Shown here: positions 28,340 to 38,973 of the stretch, piece after piece
How positions within the stretch are numbered: position 1 is the first letter of the stretch
How the letters are laid out: every line of letters starts with the position of its first letter
NCBI GenBank assembly: GCA_946405475.1
Contig: CAMJHI010000001.1
Coordinates: forward strand, 1-46,318
DNA from: an uncultured Clostridia bacterium
Lineage (GTDB): Bacteria; Bacillota; Clostridia; Oscillospirales; Acutalibacteraceae
Direction of reading: 5' to 3'
DNA length: 46,318 nucleotides
Notes under the pieces: generated by a model
What the model was told of the DNA's origin: nothing
Databases searched by the model: none
The model's input: the letters and a program-made list of their open reading frames with translations, nothing else
Position numbers and translations under genes: made by a program

Positions 28340-29305
28340 TTACAGTCTGCTTTCCAGCAGCGTAAGGCTGCCGGAAACGGTGAAAGCGCCGGAAGCAGCC
28401 GGCACGAACACGCCGTCGCCCTTCGTCAGGGGGATCGTCGTATCGCCGCACGCGATCTGCCCCTCGCCTTCCAGCACCATGAGGTGCGCAAAGGAGGTTT
28501 CGTCGGTTTCGGCGGTGTACCGCGCGGTGATCTCCGCTTTTTTGACGCGGAACAGGTCGCAGGTAAGCAGCTCGGTCACCGTTGCACCGTCAAGCTGTTC
28601 CACTTTACAGCACGTGGGCAGCGACGGACAGGGCGGCTCGCAGCGGGTCACGTCGAGCGTTTCCTTGATATGAAGCGGCCGCGGGCCGTTGCAGCGCACG
28701 TCAAAGCGGTTGTAATCGTAGGCTCTGAATGTGATATTGGAATTTTGCTGCACTTCGGCAAGTAATATCCCTTTACAGATCGCGTGCAGCGTTCCCGCCT
28801 CGATGAGGAAGAAATCGCCTTTTTTGACCTCGACATAATTCACCACGTCCTCCACGCGGTTGTCCGCGATGGCTTTGGCAAATTCTTCGGTGGTGATTTT
28901 GTTTTTGAAGCCGTAGATGATGCGCGCGCCGGGCTCGCAATCCATGATATACCAGCACTCGGTCTTGCCGAAGCCGCCGTTGTACTGTTTGGCGTAGGCG
29001 TCGTCCGGGTGGACCTGAACGGAAAGATCGTCCGCCGCGTCGATGAATTTGATGAGCACGGGGAAATCGTCGAACGCTTCGGCACGGGTGCCTAAAATGC
29101 CCTTGCCGCAGGTTTCGATGAGCTGTGACAGCGTCAGACCGTCGTATTCGCCGCCGTCGACGCAGCATTCATGATCGGGAAAGCAGGAAAGCATCCACGC
29201 CTCGGCGCAGTTTTCCAGCTCGGTTTTCACGCCGTAGAACTGCTTGAGCTTCTGACCGCCCCAGATGGTGGAAACCGCAAAGGGTTTGAGCTTGGTGATT
29301 TTCAT
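28340..29305 (-). CDS. manA: mannose-6-phosphate isomerase, class I
   Basis: ATG at 29305 (MKITKLKPF...) after a GGAGG SD. Motifs: WGG, FPVLIKFIDA...LSVQVHPDD, KTECWYI, AGTLHA. Confidence 0.9.
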   Translation of the reverse strand: MKITKLKPFAVSTIWGGQKLKQFYGVKTELENCAEAWMLSCFPDHECCVDGGEYDGLTLSQLIETCGKGILGTRAEAFDDFPVLIKFIDAADDLSVQVHPDDAYAKQYNGGFGKTECWYIMDCEPGARIIYGFKNKITTEEFAKAIADNRVEDVVNYVEVKKGDFFLIEAGTLHAICKGILLAEVQQNSNITFRAYDYNRFDVRCNGPRPLHIKETLDVTRCEPPCPSLPTCCKVEQLDGATVTELLTCDLFRVKKAEITARYTAETDETSFAHLMVLEGEGQIACGDTTIPLTKGDGVFVPAASGAFTVSGSLTLLESRL

Positions 29306-29381
29306 GGTAGCCTCCGAAGATTGAATAAAATCTGTCATATTTGCCCATCCTCCCGACATACTTATCATCAGGAGGACGCTT

Positions 29382-29633
29382 ATGACGGTCACGGAAATCA
29401 GATTCAGGAAGAAAAACGAAAAAAGTGAAGATGAGATTCTTTTGGAACAGCTGCACCGCCTGCACAAAGACCTCGACCGCGCCTACGCCTGTTTTGAGCT
29501 GCTCAGCGACAGCGACCTGGTGGAAGCCACCATTTACGAAATCGAGGCGCTCAAGGCGCGGTACCGCCATTTGCTTTGTCTGGCCCGGCAGCGAAATATT
29601 CGGTCGGAAACGAGGGATCTTTATGGGCGTTGA
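29382..29633 (+). CDS. yaaL: YaaL family protein (DUF2508)
   Basis: 83 aa after an AGGAGG SD. The C-terminal ...EATIYEIEALKARYRHLLCLARQRNIR resembles B. subtilis YaaL. It lies directly upstream of bofA, as in Bacillus. Confidence 0.75.
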   Translation: MTVTEIRFRKKNEKSEDEILLEQLHRLHKDLDRAYACFELLSDSDLVEATIYEIEALKARYRHLLCLARQRNIRSETRDLYGR

Positions 29634-29898
29634 AGCTTTGCCCGTTGTCTACGCCGCCCTGTGCGTGGGCGTGCTGCTGTGCGTGAGCATCAAAAACCGC
29701 TGCCTGATCAAAGGCCTGCTGGCCGGCGCCGTGCAGGGCGTCGCCGCGCTGTATGCGGTGCGGCTGCTCGGCTATGCCATCGGCATTGCCATGCCGGTGA
29801 ACCTGTATACCCTCGGCACGGGGGTGGTGCTTGGTTCGCCGGGCATTGCGCTCATCTTGGCGGCGCAGACGATCTTTCGTTTGCGTCAGGCGTTGTAA
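29623..29898 (+). CDS. bofA: pro-sigmaK processing inhibitor BofA family protein
   Basis: ATG at 29623 after a GAGGGA SD. 91 aa with two TM helices. ...NLYTLGTGVVLGSPGIALILA matches the BofA C-terminal motif. Confidence 0.8.
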   Translation: MGVEALPVVYAALCVGVLLCVSIKNRCLIKGLLAGAVQGVAALYAVRLLGYAIGIAMPVNLYTLGTGVVLGSPGIALILAAQTIFRLRQAL

Positions 29899-32084
29899 AC
29901 ATAGGCTTTGCCGGCTTCCAGCGGGCATTCGACAAAGCTGCCGTTGACCTCGACCTTCACGGTCTGCGCAACGGGCGAAAGCAGGGTGAACGACGTGACC
30001 GCGCCGTTTTGGAACGAAGCGGAAACAGTCAGCTCTCCCCTCGCCCGCAGGCCGGTAAACGAGCCGCTCATGGTTTTGGGCAGAGCGGGCAGGAACGACA
30101 GAAAGCCCTCGTGGCTTTGCAGCAGCATTTCGCCGATGCCGGCGGCGCCGCCGAAGTTGCCGTCGATCTGGAACGGCGGGTGCGTGTCGAACAGGTTGGG
30201 CAGGGTCGATTTGGTGAACAGCGCCCGCAGGTTCTCATACGCCCGGTCGCCGTCATGCAGGCGGGCGAACAGGTTGATCAGCCACGCGCGGCTCCAGCCG
30301 GTGTGACCGCCGCCGTTGGCCAGCCGCCGGTCAAGCGTGGTGCGGATGGCCTTATAAAGCTCGGGCATATCGCGCGTGATGGTGTTGCCGGGGTACAGGC
30401 CGAACGCATGGGAAATGTGGCGGTGGCCGGGCTCCGCCTCGTCATAATCTTCTATCCACTCCATGAGCTGACCGTGCTTGCCGACCCGCAGGGGCGGCAG
30501 CTTCTGCCGCGCCGCCTTCGCTTTTTCGGCGAGCTCGGGGTCAAGCTTGAGCAGTTCCTCGGTCTGAATATAAGAATCAAACAGCCCAGATAATATTTCG
30601 ATATCCATGGTCGGCATCATGCTCATGCTGACCTTTTTGCCGTTGAGCAGGTATTCGTTTTCGGGTGAAATGGACGGACCGGTGAGCAGAGTGCCCTCCT
30701 TCGATTCCTCCAGATAGTCCAGGAAGAATTCGACGCTGGCCTTGAAGAATTCATAGGCGGTGTTTTTCAAAAAATCAAGGTCGCGCGAATAAAGATAATG
30801 TTCCCACATATGCGAAGCCAGCCACGCGCCGCCCATCGGCCACAGGCCGCAGAAGCCGTCCGCCGGGGCGTTGAAGCCGTAAATGTCGCTCACGTGGTGC
30901 GTGACCGTGCCGCCGCAGTCGTAAAAATCCTTCGCCGCCTTGCGGCCGGGTCCGAGCAGGTTCTTGTTCATGTAATCGAACAGCGGCTGCGTGCATTCGG
31001 GCAGGTTCGCCTGCTCCGCCTGCCAGTAATTCATTTGCAGGTTGATGTTGACGTGATAATCCGAATCCCACGGGTTGCGCATGCGCTCCGCCCAAACGCC
31101 CTGCAGGTTGGCGGGCAGCGAGCCCGGGCGGCTGGAGGAAACCAGCAGATAACGGCCGAACTGCCAGTAGAGCGAGATCAGCGAATCGTCCCGCGCGGCT
31201 TTGCGGAATTTCAGGCGGCTCAGGCGTTTGCCCACGGGCAGCGCGTCGACGGCTTCCTCCGACTCGAACACCACGTCGGAGCGCTCCATCAGCGCGCGGA
31301 AATCCGCGATATGCTCCTCTTTGATCGCGTCGAAATCGGCAAGCGTCTTGTTCAGGCGGCTTAGGCAGTCCGCTTCAAAGTCTTCACAGCGGTTGTCGGT
31401 GGAAATGCTGACGTACAGCACGGCGCGCGTCGCCGCTTCCACGCGGAGTCGATCGGCTGCGGCGCTGACCGTGCCGTCACAGACCGCTTTCGTGCCCACG
31501 CAGAAATGATGCGTGCCGTGCGCCGTATGGCAGCGCGCGAGCAGCACGCCGTTTTCGGCCGTCACGCCGTCGCAGCATTCGCGCTCAAAGTTCAGCGTGA
31601 AGGACTGCGGTTCGCTGAAGGTGTAAGACACCGCGATCACATTCTGCGGGTAAGACACAAAGCTTTCCTGCTCAAAACCGACCTTGCCCTTGCGGCAGGT
31701 CACGCGGCTGAGGCCGACGTTGAGCAGCAGATCGCGGCTGTAAAGGGTCGCGCGCTTTTTGTTGTCAAAATCGACGAGCAGATTGCCCGCCACTTCATAA
31801 GAGCTGATGCTCTGAAAATCGTCAACGATGTTCTCTTCCGCCCATTTGGCGGCTTCGGCGTTTTTGCCCTGAGCAAACAGCTCGCGGATGTGCCGCACCT
31901 TTTCGGGGTAGTTTTCGGGCACGCGGTATGCGCCGCTTTCATCCCACACGGTCTCTTCATTGAGCACAAGCTTTTCGGCGTTCGGCCGCCCGAACACGGA
32001 CAAGCCCAGAAAGCCGTTGCCCACGGGCGAAGAGTTTTCCCACGTTTTGGCGGGGTTTTCCAGATGAATGACGTAATCTTTCAT
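29886..32084 (-). CDS. glycoside hydrolase family 95 (alpha-L-fucosidase-like)
   Basis: 732 aa. N-terminal WENSSPVGNGFLG and the GH95 block NLQGVWAERMRNPWDSDYHVNINLQMNYW. No signal peptide. Confidence 0.88.
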   Translation of the reverse strand: MKDYVIHLENPAKTWENSSPVGNGFLGLSVFGRPNAEKLVLNEETVWDESGAYRVPENYPEKVRHIRELFAQGKNAEAAKWAEENIVDDFQSISSYEVAGNLLVDFDNKKRATLYSRDLLLNVGLSRVTCRKGKVGFEQESFVSYPQNVIAVSYTFSEPQSFTLNFERECCDGVTAENGVLLARCHTAHGTHHFCVGTKAVCDGTVSAAADRLRVEAATRAVLYVSISTDNRCEDFEADCLSRLNKTLADFDAIKEEHIADFRALMERSDVVFESEEAVDALPVGKRLSRLKFRKAARDDSLISLYWQFGRYLLVSSSRPGSLPANLQGVWAERMRNPWDSDYHVNINLQMNYWQAEQANLPECTQPLFDYMNKNLLGPGRKAAKDFYDCGGTVTHHVSDIYGFNAPADGFCGLWPMGGAWLASHMWEHYLYSRDLDFLKNTAYEFFKASVEFFLDYLEESKEGTLLTGPSISPENEYLLNGKKVSMSMMPTMDIEILSGLFDSYIQTEELLKLDPELAEKAKAARQKLPPLRVGKHGQLMEWIEDYDEAEPGHRHISHAFGLYPGNTITRDMPELYKAIRTTLDRRLANGGGHTGWSRAWLINLFARLHDGDRAYENLRALFTKSTLPNLFDTHPPFQIDGNFGGAAGIGEMLLQSHEGFLSFLPALPKTMSGSFTGLRARGELTVSASFQNGAVTSFTLLSPVAQTVKVEVNGSFVECPLEAGKAYVYNA

Positions 32085-32102
32085 AGCCGTTCCTTTCTTG
32101 CT

Positions 32103-33179
32103 TCAGCGCTTGACGCGGGCGTTGCCGCTCCACACGCTCCAGACCTGTTCCTCGTCGGCAGGCTGCGCGTAATCGGTGAGGAAGGTGGTGGCCAGCGCGC
32201 CGGTCGCCCAGCCGAACTGGATCCATTTTTCACTCTCCCACCCCTTGAGGATGGCGTAGAGCAAACCGCCCACAAAGCCGTCGCCGCCGCCGATGCGGTC
32301 AAGCACATGGATCTCACGCGGCTCGACCACGTGCCACGTGCCGTTTTCAAGCATGATGGCGCCCCACAGGTGGGTGTTGGCGTTGATGACCTGACGCAGG
32401 GTCGTGGCGTAAACGGACGCGTTCGGATACTGTTCGCGCACCACTTCGATCATGCCCTTGAAGCTTTCGATCTTGGCGGCAAGGTCTTTGCCGCCCGCCT
32501 CCGGCCCCTGAACGCCGAGGCAGAGCTGGAAATCCTCCTCATTGCCGACGAGGATGTCGGCCACGCCAGCGATCTCTTTGAAAATGGCGCTCAGCTCCAC
32601 CTCACGCCCCTTCCAGAACGTGGCGCGGTAGTTGAGGTCGAACGAAATGAGCGTGCCGGTTTTTTTGGCGGCGCGGGCCAGCTCCAGACAGAACACGCCC
32701 GTATCCGGCGAAAGCGCGGCGATCAGCCCGGACAGGTGCAGCACGGCGACGCCCTCTTGCCCGAAAATGCGGTCAAGGTCAAAATCCTTGATGTTCAGCG
32801 TGCGCCCCACTTCACCGGCGCGGTCGTTGAGCACGCGCGGGCCGCGGGAGCCGTAGCCGCTGTCGGCAATATTGAACTGATGGCGGTAACCCCACGGGCC
32901 GCCCTGTTCGACCTCGGCGCCCTCAAACACCATGCCGCGGGCGCGCAGGTTGCTTTTGATGAAGGACGCGATCGGGCTGCCCTTGACGAAGGTGGTCAGC
33001 ACCTTGACGGGCAGGCCAAGATAAGACGCGATGGAAGCGACGTTGGTTTCAGCGCTGGTGGCCTGCATGGTGAAGGTATCGCTCGCGGCCACGGGCTGAC
33101 CCGCCGCCGGGCAGATGCGCACGCCCATGCTCGTGGGCACGACCAGGGACCACATGGCGTTTTGCTTGATCGGTTTCAT
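32103..33179 (-). CDS. PfkB family sugar/sugar-acid kinase (2-dehydro-3-deoxygluconokinase-like)
   Basis: 358 aa. Ribokinase-fold motifs, including the C-terminal DRIGGGDGFVGGLLYAIL anion-hole/ATP motif. Confidence 0.8.
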   Translation of the reverse strand: MKPIKQNAMWSLVVPTSMGVRICPAAGQPVAASDTFTMQATSAETNVASIASYLGLPVKVLTTFVKGSPIASFIKSNLRARGMVFEGAEVEQGGPWGYRHQFNIADSGYGSRGPRVLNDRAGEVGRTLNIKDFDLDRIFGQEGVAVLHLSGLIAALSPDTGVFCLELARAAKKTGTLISFDLNYRATFWKGREVELSAIFKEIAGVADILVGNEEDFQLCLGVQGPEAGGKDLAAKIESFKGMIEVVREQYPNASVYATTLRQVINANTHLWGAIMLENGTWHVVEPREIHVLDRIGGGDGFVGGLLYAILKGWESEKWIQFGWATGALATTFLTDYAQPADEEQVWSVWSGNARVKR

Positions 33180-33202
33180 ATTCGTTCCCTCCTGCTTGTT
33201 GG

Positions 33203-34650
<1,448 letters not shown>

Positions 34651-34654
<4 letters not shown>

Positions 34655-35511
34655 TGTTCTTCAAACACCTTTCTGCGTAATTCTTTGATGCCGTCCAGCA
34701 CGCTGTAGGGAATGGCCATGTTGCCAAGCCCCCTGCCGATGCTGATATGCGGTTTCATTTTGGCGTGGAAATCCGTGCCGCCGGAAATGCCAAGCCCCAG
34801 CCGTTTGGCCATAGCCTGATAGCGTGCCTGCATGTCGGGCGTGTAATCGGTGTAATAGCCCTCCACGCCGTTGAGGCCGTACCCGATGAATTCCTTCAGC
34901 CGCTCTTCAAGCTTGTCGTCGTCCAGCTTGATCAGGTGAAGATGCGCCACGTAGGACAGCCCGCCGCACTCATGAATGAGCTCGATGGCGCCTTTGGCGG
35001 TCATGCACTGCACCTCGCAGTAGGCCGGCTTGCCCACGCTCATGTATTTTTCAAACCCCTCTTTGACGGATGAGGTGTAGCCTTTATCCATGAGGATGCG
35101 GGCGAAATGTGCGCGCCCGATCATGCCGGAGGGCGCGATGGCCAGCGCTTCGTCGATGGTGACGTCAAAGCCCAGCTTGTTGAGCGCCGCGCAGGTTTTT
35201 TCGTTGCGCACGCGCCGGATGGCGACCACCTCTTCCATGGCTTTGGCCAGCGCCGGATGATCCACGTCGAGGTAATAGCCCAGAATATGGGTCTCGGTTT
35301 CGGACTGAACGGAAAACTCGATGGCGGGCACGACCTCCACGCCGACCTTTTCGCCCTCGTCCATCGCTTCCTTCACGCCGTCCACCGTGTCGTGGTCGGA
35401 CAGGGCGATGGCCGTCAGCCCGCATTCCGCCGCGTGGCGCACGACCTCGCGCGGGAACATGGAACCATCCGATTTGTTGGAGTGGGTGTGTAAATCAATC
35501 AATCGTTCCAT
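34651..35511 (-). CDS. PHP domain metal-dependent phosphoesterase (TrpH/YciV-like)
   Basis: [13 protein letters not shown]...ALSDHDT motifs. ATG at 35511 follows an AGGTGAT SD; the track starts 3 codons earlier at GTG 35520. The stop codon overlaps the gnd start (ATGA). Confidence 0.85.
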
Positions 35512-35524
35512 CAAAATCACCTGC

Positions 35525-36778
35525 TTATCGTTTCACATCCCACAGCCCCAGAGCGGGGTTGGAAATGTAGTAGATTTCTTCGCCGTCGGGCAGGGTGTTG
35601 AACCCGTCCTTCAGCACGGCCGGGTCGTAGCGCCGCACCGCCTCGGCGTAGGGCATATAGTTGAAATTGGCTTTTCGCACCTCGTCCTCGCTTAAATGCT
35701 GCGTGCAGTACGTGATGGAAAAGCGGCCGTCGGACGAGCCGTGGATCAGGTGCGCCGCCACGGAAAGATTCTCTTTCAGGTCGTCGTTCGCCTCGGTCAG
35801 CTCCAGCACTTTTTTGCGCCCGACGTAGCCGTATTGGCGAATGAGGCGGTCGTTGGCGTCGTCCTCGCCGAATTTGCGCACGCCGGGCGCGAGCACGATC
35901 AGCTCGCCGCCGTCGGCAATGGCCATGCGGGTGCGGTAAACTGCCTTGTTGCCCAGCCACGTGCTTTTGAATTCGCGCTCATCCAGATAAACGACCACCT
36001 TTTGCAGGGGCTTGTCGACGTAGTTGAGATTGAGCTTCTGGCTCAGCGCGACCGCCTGCTCGAACAATTCACGCTTATCGCCGATGAACAGCCCGTGGAT
36101 GTTGGTTTTGTCGCCCTCGTTGGTGGTGACGGTGAGGACGTAAACCAGCGGCAGCTCGCTCAGGTAATGCTCCTGCGCATAATCGAACACGCGGCGCACG
36201 GGCGAATGATCCCGGCCCATGATGCGCTCCAGCCCGTAAAATGCGCCGAGCATGTGGGAGGAATTGATCATGCTGCTGCCGCCGCAGCCGACGAAAATAT
36301 TTTTGGAATAGTTCGCCATGCCGACCACTTCATGCGGCACGACCTGCCCGACGGACAGGATGAGATCATAGCCCGGATCGACGATGTGCTTGTTGACCTC
36401 CACGTCGATGGGCGTGTTGACCAGCCCCTCGGACACCTCGCTGACGAACGCCGCGGGCACCTCGCCCAGCTTGACGACGTCGGTGCGCCAGTTGTGCACG
36501 ATCAGCTTTTCAAAGGGCACGACGCCCAGAAAAAACGCCTCGCATTCCTGCCGCGTCATCGGCTCATGCGTGCCCAGCGCGGGCATCACGTCGACCTCGC
36601 AGCCCATGGCGGTGAGCATGGAATAATATTCGGCGGTGATGATCCCCGCCCCGGAATATAACCGGGTGTAATCCGGCGGCAGAATGAGCACTTTTTTCAG
36701 CGCCCTGCCGTCGAGTGACTGCCGCAAGGCCGCGGCCAGCTCATCCCGCTCCAGCCCTGTGTCGGAAAAGAAAACCAT
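35525..36778 (-). CDS. LarA-like (DUF2088) nickel-pincer cofactor-dependent hydroxyacid racemase/epimerase family protein
   Basis: 417 aa. PALGTHEPMT resembles the LarA GxH motif, and GQVVPHEVVGMANYSKNIFVGCGG resembles the LarA pH...G...K...G catalytic His / cofactor-tethering Lys block. Assignment by eye only. Confidence 0.65.
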   Translation of the reverse strand: MVFFSDTGLERDELAAALRQSLDGRALKKVLILPPDYTRLYSGAGIITAEYYSMLTAMGCEVDVMPALGTHEPMTRQECEAFFLGVVPFEKLIVHNWRTDVVKLGEVPAAFVSEVSEGLVNTPIDVEVNKHIVDPGYDLILSVGQVVPHEVVGMANYSKNIFVGCGGSSMINSSHMLGAFYGLERIMGRDHSPVRRVFDYAQEHYLSELPLVYVLTVTTNEGDKTNIHGLFIGDKRELFEQAVALSQKLNLNYVDKPLQKVVVYLDEREFKSTWLGNKAVYRTRMAIADGGELIVLAPGVRKFGEDDANDRLIRQYGYVGRKKVLELTEANDDLKENLSVAAHLIHGSSDGRFSITYCTQHLSEDEVRKANFNYMPYAEAVRRYDPAVLKDGFNTLPDGEEIYYISNPALGLWDVKR

Positions 36779-36822
36779 ACGCTGTTTTCCGCCTTTCCCA
36801 AAATAGGCTAATCGGGTTTATG

Positions 36823-36841
36823 AATCTTGATTTTCAAGATT
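36823..36841. promoter_or_regulatory. perfect palindrome, candidate operator upstream of the LarA-like operon
   Basis: AATCTTGA-TTT-TCAAGATT (8-3-8, no mismatch), 45-63 nt upstream of the start codon at 36778. Confidence 0.4.
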
Positions 36842-36928
36842 TTGTAATAAAAGAATCGAGATTTATTGATAAAAGTTTTGGCGGCACGCCATCATGCGCA
36901 TTCTGCGGAATCATCCGATCAAAAGCTG

Positions 36929-36959
36929 AGCGCGCCCGGACGGGCTGTCCGGGCGCGCT
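36929..36959 (-). terminator. rho-independent terminator (structurally bidirectional)
   Basis: 13-bp GC stem AGCGCGCCCGGAC / GTCCGGGCGCGCT with T-runs on both strands, 17 nt after the stop codon at 36976. Confidence 0.8.
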
Positions 36960-36975
36960 TTTTATGAAAAAATGT

Positions 36976-37932
36976 TCAGATTTTGTTCCACGTTTCCGTC
37001 AGAGGAATATACGGCATGAGATCATACTCTGAAGGAGCTTCTCCGAAGAGATCTAGAACTTCCCTTGAGAACAACTGCCGCGCAAACGTGATGAAGTATT
37101 CCGCCTGCAGCAGGAACACCACCCAGCCGGCCGGCAGCCCCCAGGCCGCCGTCGGGATGAAGAAGCCGACGATGCCCAGCGGAATGTTCCGCCCAAACCG
37201 GAACCCCTCTTGAAGAAGCAGCTTCAGATTATCCCGGCGCATCGTTTCCTTGCTGACAACGACAAATTCAAATTTTTCATAGACAAATTCATTTGCTTTG
37301 GCCAGCAAAACGTGCCTGCCGAGCGACGGCGTATATGTGTAGGATTTTTCCTCCGAAACCTCACCGTCGTTGCTGTAAACAACGTCAGAGCGCCAGGCGG
37401 AACGGAATTGCACCACCTTCATTTCGGTTCCCTCCAAAAGCTCCGGCGTCTTTGCCGTATAGAACACATAGGGCATCACACCTCTCACGCTGAGCAGAGA
37501 CCATGTTCCGCCCCAGTTCAGATACCGCGCGTCGCGGCTGATGGCGTCACAAGGCTCGCCTTCGGCTGTGAGATATGCGCCGGAAGCAATTTTCACAACG
37601 GTTTCTTCCGCATAGCCCTTATGTTCATCATCCGCCAGAAAGCCGGGCAGACAAATATACAGCAAAGACAGCGGGGCGTTTTCAGAAAAGACGATCTTAT
37701 CCGGCGAAATCGTAACGGACTTGCCGTCCGTCACCAGCGACACGGCCGGTTTTTCACCGCGAACGGGAAAGGCCTGAGGATCGTATGCCACGATCAAAAC
37801 AGTGCATTTCAAATCCTCATTGTTGAAACGATAAAACTCCGCCTGAGGCTCCTCCTCCGCGGCAAAAGCACACAGACTCAGGGAACAGACGAGAAGTATC
37901 GCTAAAAAGATAGATAAAACCCGTTTGAACAT
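36976..37932 (-). CDS. hypothetical exported/membrane protein
   Basis: 318 aa after an AGGAG SD. Signal peptide MFKRVLSIFLAILLVCSLSLCAFAAEE. C-terminal hydrophobic helices (IPLGIVGFFIPTAAWGLPAGWVVFLL). No recognisable family. Visibly lower GC than its neighbours. Confidence 0.7.
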   Translation of the reverse strand: MFKRVLSIFLAILLVCSLSLCAFAAEEEPQAEFYRFNNEDLKCTVLIVAYDPQAFPVRGEKPAVSLVTDGKSVTISPDKIVFSENAPLSLLYICLPGFLADDEHKGYAEETVVKIASGAYLTAEGEPCDAISRDARYLNWGGTWSLLSVRGVMPYVFYTAKTPELLEGTEMKVVQFRSAWRSDVVYSNDGEVSEEKSYTYTPSLGRHVLLAKANEFVYEKFEFVVVSKETMRRDNLKLLLQEGFRFGRNIPLGIVGFFIPTAAWGLPAGWVVFLLQAEYFITFARQLFSREVLDLFGEAPSEYDLMPYIPLTETWNKI

Positions 37933-38012
37933 GATGATTTACTCCTTTCTTTTTTCTTCTGCATAACGCTAACGATCGTCGTTTTTAACAGATATTCCCT
38001 CCTTTCTTTCTA

Positions 38013-38041
38013 ATGTTAACATTTTATTCATGAAATGTCAA
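38013..38041 (-). promoter_or_regulatory. sigma-A type promoter for the hypothetical membrane protein gene
   Basis: The minus strand reads TTGACA-17 nt-TAACAT with a TGn extended -10 element, about 80 nt upstream of the ATG at 37932. Confidence 0.5.
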
Positions 38042-38165
38042 TATTTTGTTTAAGAAAGTCAAAAAAGCCACTCATCCGTCTGCTCCCATGAAAACAGAGA
38101 CAGCAAACGGCGCAGCCCCGCAGGACTGCACCGTTTCATACGCTTCTTGATAAAAGAACTGCGTT

Positions 38166-38202
38166 TAGGAAACGCTGATTCAATCAGAGTGTGCGAGGGA
38201 GC
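38166..38202 (+). repeat. solo duplicated left terminus of the MITE-like repeat
   Basis: TAGGAAACGCTGATTCAATCAGAGTGTGCGAGGGAGC, in tandem with the left end of copy 2. In sequence it matches the copy 3 terminus (C at the position where copy 2 has A). Confidence 0.85.
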
Positions 38203-38370
38203 TAGGGAAACGCTGATTAAATCAGAGTGTGCGAGGGAGCGAGAGATTTTTTCGTCAGATTGTGCAAAAAAGCCGCCGCTTTGCTGACGCAAAACAAGGA
38301 TTTTTGGTGCAATATGACGGAAAATGATCCGCTCCCTCGTGCGCTTGTGATTTATTCAGTGTTTCCTTTA
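38203..38370 (+). repeat. MITE-like TIR-bounded repeat, copy 2
   Basis: Differs from 45474..45634 at 3 positions by eye. The imperfect roughly 37-nt terminal inverted arms include a perfect CGAGGGAGCG/CGCTCCCTCG pairing. The right end overlaps the ntpD TAA stop codon. Confidence 0.9.
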
Positions 38371-38973
38371 TTCTTCATTTTTAATGACCTTCAATCGGGC
38401 AAAATCCTCACGCTCTTTTTCTTCGAGCGAATCGGAAATGAATTTGATCTGTGAGGTGAACCGGGGAATGACGATGTTGCCCAGCGCGTTGGAGCGCTTG
38501 CCGGTTTTGACCACCGCCTCCTGCAGACGGAACAGCGCGGTTTCCAGCGTGGCCGCCTTCACCGCCAGCACCTTCAGGTCGAGGAAGCGGCTGTAGGCGT
38601 CGTCGAGCTGCAGGCCGGTGAACGCCAGACCGTAGTAGATCTTGCGCTCGGGCGGCTGAACGTGCGCCTCAGGCACCTCCACGCCCATAACCGAGCGCGT
38701 CACGACGGTGACGCTGTCGTCGACCGGCACGCTCTGCGCCTGCGTGAGCGGCAGCCCGTCGGCCACGGTGGCCATGCGCAACGAATAAAACGCATCGCGG
38801 CACAGGCGTTCCATCTCTTTTTCGGTCTGTTCATATTCCTCGGTTCGTTTTGCAATCTCGCGCATCAGAAACTTCCGCTTGCGCTCCATCAGATCGTAAC
38901 CGACCTTCGCCAGCTCCAGCGAACGGCGCGCGTTCATCAGGTTGCCCTTGGTCGGCGCCACGTTTTCAGCCAT
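38368..38973 (-). CDS. ntpD: V-type ATP synthase subunit D
   Basis: ATG at 38973 ([34 protein letters not shown]...) after a GGAGG SD. It overlaps the ntpB stop codon and is the last gene of the operon. Confidence 0.92.
   Translation of the reverse strand: MAENVAPTKGNLMNARRSLELAKVGYDLMERKRKFLMREIAKRTEEYEQTEKEMERLCRDAFYSLRMATVADGLPLTQAQSVPVDDSVTVVTRSVMGVEVPEAHVQPPERKIYYGLAFTGLQLDDAYSRFLDLKVLAVKAATLETALFRLQEAVVKTGKRSNALGNIVIPRFTSQIKFISDSLEEKEREDFARLKVIKNEE

Noticed and set aside
38166-38241. A tandem pair of ~37-nt near-identical units, which could superficially suggest a CRISPR or tandem-repeat array
   Set aside because: There are only two units and no spacer between them. They are the duplicated left terminus of the MITE-like element. 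No cas genes or further repeats are present.
38059-38454. Track ORFs 38059..38292 (-) and 38227..38454 (+), and likewise 45349..45555 and 45523..45774
   Set aside because: They are created by the repeat elements and spacer sequence. They have no SD and run into or out of real genes. Their duplication elsewhere reflects repeat identity, not paralogy.
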